From a virus, in the IMG/VR virus record IMGVR_UViG_3300002835_000030, positions 64,649-128,648 of that record: 64,000 nt of DNA, one strand, 5' to 3'. The notes below the pieces were generated by a model. The model was given only the letters and a program-made list of their open reading frames with translations, was not told the DNA's origin and searched no databases. Of the stretch, positions 19,401 to 27,589 are shown in pieces; the first letter of the stretch is position 1; each line of letters starts with the position of its first letter. The position numbers and the translations under genes were made by a program.

Positions 19401-21982
19401 AAACAATTTTTGGCAGTGGGTATTTATTGTTATCAACAATTCCATATAGAGATTTTAAAAATGGATTTATAAATTCATTATTTCCTGGTGATAAATTTTT
19501 TGGTGCGAGAATTGTTAAATTACCTGAATTATATGTTTACTATTTGGGTTCAATATTATGGAGATATAATGAGAATACTGATCCATTAGTTTGGACAGAC
19601 TATACGAATTTCCAAACAAATAAAAATAATTACCCCACTAAAATAAGTTATTATAAATCCATTCCGTCTGAAGAAAAACCATTAGAAGATGAATTGATAA
19701 ATTTACCTATTAGTGTTAAAAACGCACTAATAAATAAATTTAAAGAATGGGTAAAACTTAACTTTAATTCTACACAAACAGGTAAATTTGAGTCGGAATT
19801 AGATAATTATGTTAGTGATATACCCAATAATATAGAAAAAACAAAAAATTATTTACTTAGAGAGTTGACAAAAACTACTGAACTAATAATATTAAATCCT
19901 AAAATTTTTGATAAAAATAGGAAAAATAAATTATTTATTACAATTAATAAGATAGATGAATACATAAATAAATTCTCTGAACTTTTTTCTAAAAAATCCA
20001 CTGAAAATAGTGACACTAGTGGTAATAATGTAGAGGAAGAAAAACAAAAAGTTAGTGAAAAAAACAAAAAAGAGATAAAATTACAAATATATAATTATTT
20101 TAAGAATATTAACGACAAATGGGTTGCGGGTAGTGAAGAGGGTAAAAGTTTTAACGTTTGTGGTGCCGGTAATAACGGATCAACCAATAGTACCGTTAAA
20201 AAACCAAATAATTTAATTGATTATTTTAGATTTATTGATAGAGGATGGAGTGACATTGGTGATCAGGCAACAATAAATTTAAATAGTTTTTTAAGTTTAG
20301 GTAATAATCAAGATACTAGTGTTTATTTCTTTATGTCTAAATTGTTAAGAGATAGTAATTTCTTATTTCAAATTTTACCTAGTTATATTGATTATAAAGA
20401 TGAGAAAGAGGTCGCAAAAATGTTTAGGCCTTTCACCACTTTAGAATCTCCCGATTCATCTGGACCAGTTTATTGTTGTATATATGTAGGTGGCGCATCA
20501 CAAGTTTTAGATATAAAAGAAACAAATAATTATTACTTTAACAATGATGGTTATGCGTTTAAAAATGGGGAAATACCTTCCGATATGGGAGACACAAATA
20601 ACGCAATTGAAGCCAAAGATAAACGCAAATTAGTTGCGTTTAGGGTTGCGTTTGGGGCTCAAAACCAAACCATATTTAAAAACGTTTCATTGAATCAACA
20701 AGAACATAAAGAAACGGGTGAATACTTTAATGTATTATCAGAAATAATCGACAAAAGAGGTGCAACCCAAAAGGTATATCAGGGTACAGATTTATTAAGA
20801 TTATTTAAAACAAGATCCTACACGTGTCAAGTTGATTCTTTAGGGTGTATGAATATACAACCATTGATGTATTTTGACTTACAAAACGTACCATTTTTTA
20901 ATGGGGCATATTTAATTACGAGTGTTAGTCATAGTATTACACCTAACCATATGACAACTAATTTTAAAGGTGTACGACAATCTAAATACATAACACCACC
21001 AACAACATCTATAACTGCGGATATTGATATAGATTTAAATGAGACAAATGAGATACCTAAAATAGAGTTTTCTAATTTAAATAATACAAATCAGATTTAT
21101 AGTATTGGTGTTGATTCTGGAGTCGCCAACCAAGTATTTGAGGTTAATCAGATAACTATTGAAACATTGAATATATTAGGTGTCTCTACAAGTGGAATAA
21201 CTGCCGGTGACATTGACTTTATTAAAACTACTATAAATGGATCAACTAACGCAGATGTGGCAATGTTTTTTGCAAATGCGTTAGTTAACTCAAACAATTT
21301 CCTAAATAGTGAAGATAACTGGAATAATGGAGAATTTTCTAAAAATGAGGTCAAATTCCCCTCCAATGTAGAGTTTTCTGGAGAAACTAAAGCGTATCAG
21401 ATAAGTAATATCCAATTTTCTCCATCAGATAATCAATATTTCACATATACACCTACTACTACTGCAACTACAACTAGTTCTGAAAATCAAGAAACCGCAT
21501 ATTATTTTCCAAATACACCATCTTCTTTAATAGAATATGATAAAGTTAATGTTGATCCTGAATCTGTGTTAAAAATAAAATTAGATAACTTAACGTATTA
21601 TAATATTTTTCAAGGAGATGAATATATGTATCGACCAGTAGGGTTCTTATATATGATAGGTAGAAAACAATATTTTGATTTGTTTGGTTCGGACGCAATT
21701 AATTCACCACAAAATTATTACCAACCTCCATTCCAAAGAAGTTTTGAAATTGCTTATAAAGTTTGGACAAATATAAAAGATGGAAATGGTAATACCGGAT
21801 CAGGATATTCAAAAACTGATGTTGGAGGTAGGTTAGGTTCGTTCACTTCATTTAATCAATCAAGACTAGCGTCACAACAATTTAAGACTAAAAGTATTGA
21901 GGAGTCTGCAAAAGTTTTCCAAAAAGTATTAAATATATTTACACATAAAGGTGAACCACTAATTGATTTCTTTAACCCATAA
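16412..21982 (+). CDS. Giant baseplate hub protein (gp27/VgrG-like elements) with degenerate C-terminal GH19-like domain
   Basis: N-terminal FGIKSINI......P.VDITFTDVRG; C-terminal SYTC.V..LG...IQP..YF.L..VP.FNG.Y.I..VSH.I; then GDEYMYRPVGFLYMIGRKQY. Confidence 0.6.
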   Translation: MAENGVEEIGRVFVVDPNPIQNDIIPPEDMFIYVKFSAYPKNRVTYNGDSFDIRGVEDEVNFISTKIRYNNDGKLDPNPQQTYATTDWTNIGGFKGEDTRSSGILEGFGIKSINIVYNASLVPVVDITFTDVRGSALFDILGNDDIRSPYSIFFKMPYPVFKLSVKGYFGQKVDYCLHMTNWNSQFDGSTGNFDISANFLGFQQAFLNDMVIGNIVGVVNTKEGYGKLNEIYDRTDSNFGLSSSGDGKSLEELQRVGKLNIRKLDDFFIRISKLKVESESLKDDLDTFKTLKFLNGKKSILKELQTFIGPPIEKESDPTDQSNNDGTTKDYLKINNSIKKIETSGINDRLLELKKNYFSIRDYLLINSISIGNFKNYIITLNDIVTKYNEYITDDRNQEYTNTDSLTNLSKSAGNKSISKGKLLSDIISDVTTYLNTPKDKQFIELFKIDDNSEDKWKNFVIDSQKPNDELILNQSFSLQNVLSYMVERGDEIYLKKNYKGGNDVNNNFDINNFNKEVSNGTYYNPNMLRDTVVVVADFREIREKLENEIQSLESIIKSQQQIVQEDLNEKLFNKSNDSENEFKPTIKTCFEVLANNTQAMVETIYEITKSSENLGSQRNSLIKGRQTDIPETLLNSLSENNKSIAWPSFYTDVSGNEPQKEIYIGDVQGVTRTNFPEYDFVERVFDNFISKREELQQITKTSVLNNGTDTDNWFPINPMDYDVNPFLKLRFLNSEPEIIEYFTEQMLTRIALWQNYSNFDTTTGGSFEDYAKFDAINAFETVNVNNQTVLVINKIIDRIKNDGDKFGANSLIGQTNFFKNIVVGDDGVITYALKEGDGVQPKIGNIEFGLNYNNANIDYILFDNKEIINNSSKLWDKIQTSNEYKKFFPNDQSKFTKKEYKGDLIYETKYVASNNLYTNNIYNVWGKSIGNNLLKSSNIESENNITTFGNVILENIDKKLSSGDTTGIYLNKTYFTDDTETTYEETFTGGKFYTQQTIFGSGYLLLSTIPYRDFKNGFINSLFPGDKFFGARIVKLPELYVYYLGSILWRYNENTDPLVWTDYTNFQTNKNNYPTKISYYKSIPSEEKPLEDELINLPISVKNALINKFKEWVKLNFNSTQTGKFESELDNYVSDIPNNIEKTKNYLLRELTKTTELIILNPKIFDKNRKNKLFITINKIDEYINKFSELFSKKSTENSDTSGNNVEEEKQKVSEKNKKEIKLQIYNYFKNINDKWVAGSEEGKSFNVCGAGNNGSTNSTVKKPNNLIDYFRFIDRGWSDIGDQATINLNSFLSLGNNQDTSVYFFMSKLLRDSNFLFQILPSYIDYKDEKEVAKMFRPFTTLESPDSSGPVYCCIYVGGASQVLDIKETNNYYFNNDGYAFKNGEIPSDMGDTNNAIEAKDKRKLVAFRVAFGAQNQTIFKNVSLNQQEHKETGEYFNVLSEIIDKRGATQKVYQGTDLLRLFKTRSYTCQVDSLGCMNIQPLMYFDLQNVPFFNGAYLITSVSHSITPNHMTTNFKGVRQSKYITPPTTSITADIDIDLNETNEIPKIEFSNLNNTNQIYSIGVDSGVANQVFEVNQITIETLNILGVSTSGITAGDIDFIKTTINGSTNADVAMFFANALVNSNNFLNSEDNWNNGEFSKNEVKFPSNVEFSGETKAYQISNIQFSPSDNQYFTYTPTTTATTTSSENQETAYYFPNTPSSLIEYDKVNVDPESVLKIKLDNLTYYNIFQGDEYMYRPVGFLYMIGRKQYFDLFGSDAINSPQNYYQPPFQRSFEIAYKVWTNIKDGNGNTGSGYSKTDVGGRLGSFTSFNQSRLASQQFKTKSIEESAKVFQKVLNIFTHKGEPLIDFFNP

Positions 21983-22013
21983 TTGTTTTTTATAAAAAAA
22001 ATTATTATATTTG
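21983..22013 (+). promoter_or_regulatory. Bacteroidota-type housekeeping promoter (-33 TTG, -7 TAnnTTTG)
   Basis: TTG at 21983-21985, 20 nt spacer, TATATTTG at 22006-22013. Confidence 0.55.
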
Positions 22014-22017
22014 TAAT

Positions 22018-22620
22018 ATGTATATTGGAAATATAGTTACAACTTCTAATTTAGAGTTAGAAAACTTTAAGATTTGTCATAAGTTAGATACTATTGACGA
22101 TAGGTTACCTACGCTAATTATCGGTTGGAATAAAACAAAAGAACTTGTTGAAGATAAGGTATCTATTCTTCACAAACAAATTAATCCTAAATTATTTTGG
22201 ACTTTTTCTACAAAAGAAAGAAAATCAGAATATGAAACAGATTTAGATTCTTTTATGTCCTTTTGTTATAATTCTTTTGGAGAAAACATCCCATATGTTT
22301 ATTTGGATTTATTATATGGTAAAAGAATGGTAAACTTTAGAATTATAAGAAAAATATTGAATTTAAAAACCCCAACAACATATATTTCACCTAATGATAT
22401 GATTTACATATATGGCGAAAACTTAATATTTGGTATAGATTTAAATGTTTTATCTTTAATTGAAGGTAAAAAAGATAAAATAACCCAAACCATAAAAAAC
22501 TTATCGAATAATACTTTGATAGATTCTGAGATATTTAATAAATGTAAGGATTTTATTTATAAAATAAAAAACAAAAACAGGTATATTCCTTACATTTATA
22601 CTTATGGATTCGAACAATAA
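22018..22620 (+). CDS. Hypothetical protein
   Basis: 200 aa ORF with LPTLIIGW motif; function not recognised. Confidence 0.6.
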   Translation: MYIGNIVTTSNLELENFKICHKLDTIDDRLPTLIIGWNKTKELVEDKVSILHKQINPKLFWTFSTKERKSEYETDLDSFMSFCYNSFGENIPYVYLDLLYGKRMVNFRIIRKILNLKTPTTYISPNDMIYIYGENLIFGIDLNVLSLIEGKKDKITQTIKNLSNNTLIDSEIFNKCKDFIYKIKNKNRYIPYIYTYGFEQ

Positions 22621-23014
22621 AATTATAACACTGGCGTCTTTTGTATATTTGAATAAAATAGATAGTTTTAAGAAATATCTATACAATAGATTTAAAATAA
22701 TAGATGAAAATATTTTCCACTATACCTTTAATGAAGAAGACAAAAAGATTTTAACCTTTATGGTTAGGTTAAATCAAGGACAAAGAGTTGACACAAATTC
22801 ATTTTACCCGCCTACAATTATAGTACATAAAAAAGGAGAATGTTTTTATACCATTAATGCGCTTAATCAATTAATTGAATCAATTAGTGATACTGATACA
22901 GGTAATATAAATCATAAAAATATAAAAATAGATTGGGATAACTATCAAAATAAAATGTTAATCATTAAAAATGGTGATTTAAAAATGTTGACAATAAATA
23001 GAGATTTTTCTTAA
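22604..23014 (+). CDS. Hypothetical phage protein
   Basis: 136 aa; TIIVHKK...FYTINALN.LI...IDW.NY.N; overlaps the upstream gene. Confidence 0.6.
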   Translation: MDSNNKIITLASFVYLNKIDSFKKYLYNRFKIIDENIFHYTFNEEDKKILTFMVRLNQGQRVDTNSFYPPTIIVHKKGECFYTINALNQLIESISDTDTGNINHKNIKIDWDNYQNKMLIIKNGDLKMLTINRDFS

Positions 23015-23042
23015 ATTCCTAATATTTATTAATAAAGGTATT

Positions 23043-23228
23043 ATGGAAACTAAAAAAGAAAATAGAGAAAGAGAAACTTTGGAGAATAAATTAGATAATT
23101 TTCTCAACGACACTAATACACAAAAAGAGTGTGAAGGTGACGAGTGTATTATTAATGATGGAAAAGAAATCGTTGAAAGAGTAAACAAAGTTTATAAGAC
23201 TAATGATGGAAGACAACTATTAATGTGA
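23043..23228 (+). CDS. Small hypothetical protein
   Basis: 61 aa; CEGDEC and IVERV....DGRQLL; ATATTTATT upstream. Confidence 0.6.
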   Translation: METKKENRERETLENKLDNFLNDTNTQKECEGDECIINDGKEIVERVNKVYKTNDGRQLLM

Positions 23229-23229
23229 T

Positions 23230-23931
23230 ATGAGTAAGAAAAATTTATTAAGCGAAGAATTAAAAAGATATAAACAGTTATTGGAATATACTTTTTATGT
23301 GTCAGAAGAAGATGAACCTAAAGATGTTAATGGTAATTTATTGTTGGATGATATGATAACTGAACAAGATCCACCAGAAGAAGATCCTTTTGGGGGAACT
23401 GAATCTACACCAGAAGAAGAAGGCGGTATGGGTACAGATACTGAAGATATGACAGTAACAGATCAAGAGGATGAAATCAATCCCTTTGGTGATACTGAAG
23501 TAGAAGATGAATTTGCAACAGAAGAACCATTAAGTGGAGAAGATACTGTAGAAGTAGATGTTACTGATATTGTAGATAAAACTGAAGAAACTAAAACTTC
23601 TGTAGATAGTATGAGTACTAAGATGGATGATCTCTTATCTAAATTATCTGAATTAGAATCACAAGTTTCTGGTATGGATAATGTAATCAATAAAATCGAT
23701 GAGTTAGAAAAAGAAATCGAAAGAAGAAACCCAACACCTGTAGAGAGATTAGAAATGAGATCGATGGATTCATTTCCATATAGTGTTAAATTAACTGATT
23801 TTTGGAAAGACAAAGAAGGGTATAATTCGTCCGAAGTAGAAGAAGAAAAAGAATACACATTGACACAAAGTGATGTTGACAATTTTAATGAAAAAGAAAT
23901 AAGATCATCCTTTGGTTCTAATATGAGATAG
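23230..23931 (+). CDS. Acidic coiled-coil protein, putative prohead scaffold/core
   Basis: LLSEELKRYKQLL leader, ITEQ site, very acidic middle, heptad region MDDLLSKLSELESQV...IDELEKEI. Confidence 0.5.
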   Translation: MSKKNLLSEELKRYKQLLEYTFYVSEEDEPKDVNGNLLLDDMITEQDPPEEDPFGGTESTPEEEGGMGTDTEDMTVTDQEDEINPFGDTEVEDEFATEEPLSGEDTVEVDVTDIVDKTEETKTSVDSMSTKMDDLLSKLSELESQVSGMDNVINKIDELEKEIERRNPTPVERLEMRSMDSFPYSVKLTDFWKDKEGYNSSEVEEEKEYTLTQSDVDNFNEKEIRSSFGSNMR

Positions 23932-23960
23932 GAAGGTAAGTAACCTAACATAGTATATTA

Positions 23961-23994
23961 AAGAAAAACCTCGCCTTTGTGAGGTTTTTCTTTT
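23961..23994 (+). terminator. Rho-independent terminator
   Basis: AAGAAAAACCTC-gc-cttt-gt-GAGGTTTTTCTT. Confidence 0.8.
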
Positions 23995-24003
23995 ATCCAC
24001 TTA

Positions 24004-24032
24004 TTGACTTTTTGAAAATTTATACGTATTAT
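24004..24032 (+). promoter_or_regulatory. Sigma70-like promoter TTGACT-N17-TATTAT for the replication operon
   Basis: Hexamers at 24004-24009 and 24027-24032, directly after a terminator and 29 nt before the SSB start. Confidence 0.7.
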
Positions 24033-24061
24033 TGTTTATTATTAATTAAAAAATAAAAACA

Positions 24062-24967
24062 ATGAGTAACAGTTTAGACGCTATTTTAGCTCAGTATGAA
24101 AAAAACACTGAACCGGTAAAAAGTGGCAACAAAATGTCTAGTGAAGACAGACTTAAAAAGTATTTCACTGAAAAATTACCTAAAGGGGTAAAATCACAAA
24201 CAAAAACTTTTAGAATCTTACCTACAAAAGAAGGTAAGTCACCATTTACTGAAGTTTATTATCATGAAAAACAAGTTAATGGTAAATGGGAGAAAATTTA
24301 TTGTAACCATTTAAATGACGGTGAACATTGCCCATTATGTGAGGCGAAAGACGCTTTATATGAAGACGGTTCTGAGAAAGCTAAAAACTTAGCAAAAGAA
24401 TTTATCGCTAGAAAATTCTATGTAGTAAAGGGAATTGATAGAGAGAATGAGGATCATGGGGTAAAGTTTTGGAGATTTAAACACAAAAAGACTGGTGACG
24501 GTGTAATGGATAAATTAATTCCTGTGTTTAAACTTAAAGGTGATATTACTAACCCTAGAGAGGGAAGGGATATTATTATTTCTTCTGGTAGAAACGATAA
24601 AGGACATAGTGTAGTTAATTCTATTATGACTGATGACGTAACTATTCTTACTGAGAATAAAGAATATGCAAATGAATGGTTTAATAATGAAGAATCCCAT
24701 AGAGATGTTTACGCTAAAAAATCTAGTGAATATTTAGAAATAGTTGCGACTAATAAAACCCCTATTTGGGATTCCGAACAAAAGAAGTTTGTTGCTGAAG
24801 AAGATAAAGAAGAAAAAGAAACTACTTCATTGTCTGAAGAAATCAATATGATGAGAACCGAACGAATCGCAAAATCTTTTGAGTCTGATTATAATAGTGA
24901 TGCCGATTTCAGTAACGATCCTGAGGTATCATCATTAGATGATGACGATGATGAATTACCATTTTAA
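24062..24967 (+). CDS. Single-stranded DNA-binding protein, T4 gp32-like
   Basis: FRILP, YYH, C.......E.CPLCE, DIT.P..GRD and acidic tail DDDDDELPF. Confidence 0.8.
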   Translation: MSNSLDAILAQYEKNTEPVKSGNKMSSEDRLKKYFTEKLPKGVKSQTKTFRILPTKEGKSPFTEVYYHEKQVNGKWEKIYCNHLNDGEHCPLCEAKDALYEDGSEKAKNLAKEFIARKFYVVKGIDRENEDHGVKFWRFKHKKTGDGVMDKLIPVFKLKGDITNPREGRDIIISSGRNDKGHSVVNSIMTDDVTILTENKEYANEWFNNEESHRDVYAKKSSEYLEIVATNKTPIWDSEQKKFVAEEDKEEKETTSLSEEINMMRTERIAKSFESDYNSDADFSNDPEVSSLDDDDDELPF

Positions 24968-24975
24968 TATATAAT

Positions 24976-26028
24976 ATGAGTAAACAACCACTTAAGAAAA
25001 AAGCATCTGATTTTTCGTCTATCAGAAAGAAGTTTTCCTCTAGCGATAAGTACAAAGAACAAAGGTACTTTGATCTAGGGGAAGCCTTTCAGAAGTCGAC
25101 AGGGCTACCAGGTCCTGCTATGGGTCAGGTTAATATGTTTTTAGGTCATTCAGACACTGGAAAAACAACAGCACTTTTACAGACTGCAGTAGACGCACAA
25201 AAGAAAAAAATACTACCTGTATTCATTATTACAGAACAAAAATTTAGTTTCGAACACGCCAAACAAATGGGTTTAGAAACTGAGTATATTGAAGAAGTTG
25301 ATGAATCTACAGGTGAAGTTTCCGCATTTTGGGATGGATTCCTACTATATAAATTAGGATTCGATTATATAGAACAAGCATTTGAATATGTTACTGAAGT
25401 ATTAGACGCTCAAAAGAGTGGTGAAATACCTTATGACATCGTATTCTTATGGGATTCTATTGGTACCATACCTTGTCAAATGAGTTTTGATGGGAAAGGT
25501 GGAAACCAACACACTGCGAGGGTAATATCTGAAAAATGGGGAATGGGGTTAGCACAAAGAATAACATCTTCTAGAAAGGATAGTTACCCGCATACCAACA
25601 CAATGGTATTTGTAAACCAACCTTGGGTTGCATTACCTGATAACCCATTCGGACAACCAACAATCGCACCTAAAGGGGGTAATTCTATTTACCTATCATG
25701 CGCATTAGTATTTTTGTTTGGAAATCAAAAGAGTTCTGGTGTGTCTAAACTTTCTGCCACTAATAAAGGGAGAAAAGTAAACTTTGCGATTAGAACTAAG
25801 GTTGGTATCCATAAGAACCATATGAATGGTTTAGGATATGCAGATAATAAAATACTTGCAACAACACATGGATTTATTGAAGATGATAAGAAATCCGTTG
25901 ATCAATATAAAAGTGATTATAAAGATTACTGGTTAGAAGTCTTCGATTCAATGGGTGATGATGTAATGTCTTTTGATGTAGTAGAAGGGGATGTAATTGA
26001 ACCACCTGTTGATTATTCAGACAATTAA
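24976..26028 (+). CDS. recA: RecA/UvsX-like recombinase
   Basis: Walker A GHSDTGKT, Walker B VFLWDS, VNQ, KGG. Confidence 0.8.
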   Translation: MSKQPLKKKASDFSSIRKKFSSSDKYKEQRYFDLGEAFQKSTGLPGPAMGQVNMFLGHSDTGKTTALLQTAVDAQKKKILPVFIITEQKFSFEHAKQMGLETEYIEEVDESTGEVSAFWDGFLLYKLGFDYIEQAFEYVTEVLDAQKSGEIPYDIVFLWDSIGTIPCQMSFDGKGGNQHTARVISEKWGMGLAQRITSSRKDSYPHTNTMVFVNQPWVALPDNPFGQPTIAPKGGNSIYLSCALVFLFGNQKSSGVSKLSATNKGRKVNFAIRTKVGIHKNHMNGLGYADNKILATTHGFIEDDKKSVDQYKSDYKDYWLEVFDSMGDDVMSFDVVEGDVIEPPVDYSDN

Positions 26029-26053
26029 TTGTTTAACGTTTAATCGATGGTGA

Positions 26054-27097
26054 GTGAAAATACCTAATAAGAAAAAAAGAATTCAAAGGACATTATTAGT
26101 TGATGGAGACTCTTTGTTAAAAACTGCCTATTATGGGGCTAAAAATCTTTTCTATAAAGAAACCCATATAGGTGGAATTTTTCAATTTTTGACTATGGTT
26201 CGTAAAATGTTGAATGAAAACAAATTCGACAGTGTATACGTATTTTGGGATGGACAATTTAGTGGTAGACTAAGATACGACATATACAAAGATTATAAGT
26301 CTAATAGAGGTAAAGATTTCTATAACGAACAACCACCATCAGAAATAGATGTATATTTACAGAAAGAAAGATTATATTCTTACCTTGAAGAGTTATTTAT
26401 AAGACAATACAGAAACGATATTGTTGAGGCGGATGATTCTATAGGTTATTATGTAAATAACATGTCTGAGGACGAAAGAGTGGTTATTATAACGAGAGAT
26501 AGAGATCTCTGTCAATTAATTAATGGAAAAGTTTCAGTTTACGATTTAAATCTTAAAAAGATAATTACAGAGGAAAACTATCTAGTAGATTTTGATCATC
26601 ACCCATCGAATTTAAAACTTATAAAAATAATAACTGGAGATGTTAGTGATAACATTAAAGGTATTCTCGGTGTAAGTGAAAAAACATTGGTGAAATTTTT
26701 TCCTGAAATTATGGAAAAAACTTTGACTTTGGAGTATATTTTTAGTAAAATTGAAGAAGTACAGAAAGAAAGAAAAACAAGGTTGGCAACATTAGATAAT
26801 ATATTAAATAAAGTTACCAAAGGATCACAAAGAGAAATGATTTATGAGGTTAATGAAAAGTTAATAGACTTATCTAATCCACTATTAACCGAAGAGACTA
26901 AATCAGATTTAGATCACTTATTTAGTACTACTATGGATCCAGATGGTAGAAATATTAAGAATGTGATTAATATGATGATAGAAGATGGTATAATGTGGGC
27001 GATACCTGGAGGTAGAGAGGGTTATATAAATTTTTTACAACCGTTCCTATCTATAATTAAAAAAGAAAAAAATTATTATAAAAAAGTAAATCAATAA
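26054..27097 (+). CDS. 5'-3' exonuclease / flap endonuclease (PolA N-terminal, T4 RNase H-like)
   Basis: LLVDGDS, WDG, YKSNR, EADD, DRDL.QL, GD.SDNIKGI.GV.EKT; GTG start. Confidence 0.88.
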   Translation: MKIPNKKKRIQRTLLVDGDSLLKTAYYGAKNLFYKETHIGGIFQFLTMVRKMLNENKFDSVYVFWDGQFSGRLRYDIYKDYKSNRGKDFYNEQPPSEIDVYLQKERLYSYLEELFIRQYRNDIVEADDSIGYYVNNMSEDERVVIITRDRDLCQLINGKVSVYDLNLKKIITEENYLVDFDHHPSNLKLIKIITGDVSDNIKGILGVSEKTLVKFFPEIMEKTLTLEYIFSKIEEVQKERKTRLATLDNILNKVTKGSQREMIYEVNEKLIDLSNPLLTEETKSDLDHLFSTTMDPDGRNIKNVINMMIEDGIMWAIPGGREGYINFLQPFLSIIKKEKNYYKKVNQ

Positions 27098-27100
27098 AAT

Positions 27101-27577
27101 ATGAAAAAAAGTTATAAAAGTTATCCGTATGAATTTCTGTTTATGATTAATGGAAACCCTATTGTTGGGAGAAACTTTCCAATATACAACTTCAATAAAG
27201 AATCTTTAAGATCTTATGAGATAAAAGAGTTAGTTGACAATGTATCAAATATCATTAGAAACTTATTTAAAGAACGTACCTATGAATATATGGAAAAATA
27301 TTGTAATTATTTTTACACTAGTAGTGAAGAAGACACAAAAAACGTAAACATTTACGAAAATGAAGATTTCTTTTCTGTACAGATTAAGTACAATGGTAGA
27401 GTAGTCATTGAAAGAATTTTTAGTGGGAATGACTACCCACCTAACGTAAGATATGATGTCGATATAAGAAAAATTATCCCTAAAATTATTGATTATTTGC
27501 AACAGGGGTTGAGTGAGAAAAATTATACAAAAAAATATTGCGATTATCAACTTGACAACATATTTATTAATAACTAA
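27101..27577 (+). CDS. Hypothetical protein
   Basis: 158 aa ORF in the replication operon (FSG..YPP.VRY.VDIR). Confidence 0.6.
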   Translation: MKKSYKSYPYEFLFMINGNPIVGRNFPIYNFNKESLRSYEIKELVDNVSNIIRNLFKERTYEYMEKYCNYFYTSSEEDTKNVNIYENEDFFSVQIKYNGRVVIERIFSGNDYPPNVRYDVDIRKIIPKIIDYLQQGLSEKNYTKKYCDYQLDNIFINN

Positions 27578-27589
27578 ATCAGATAAAGA

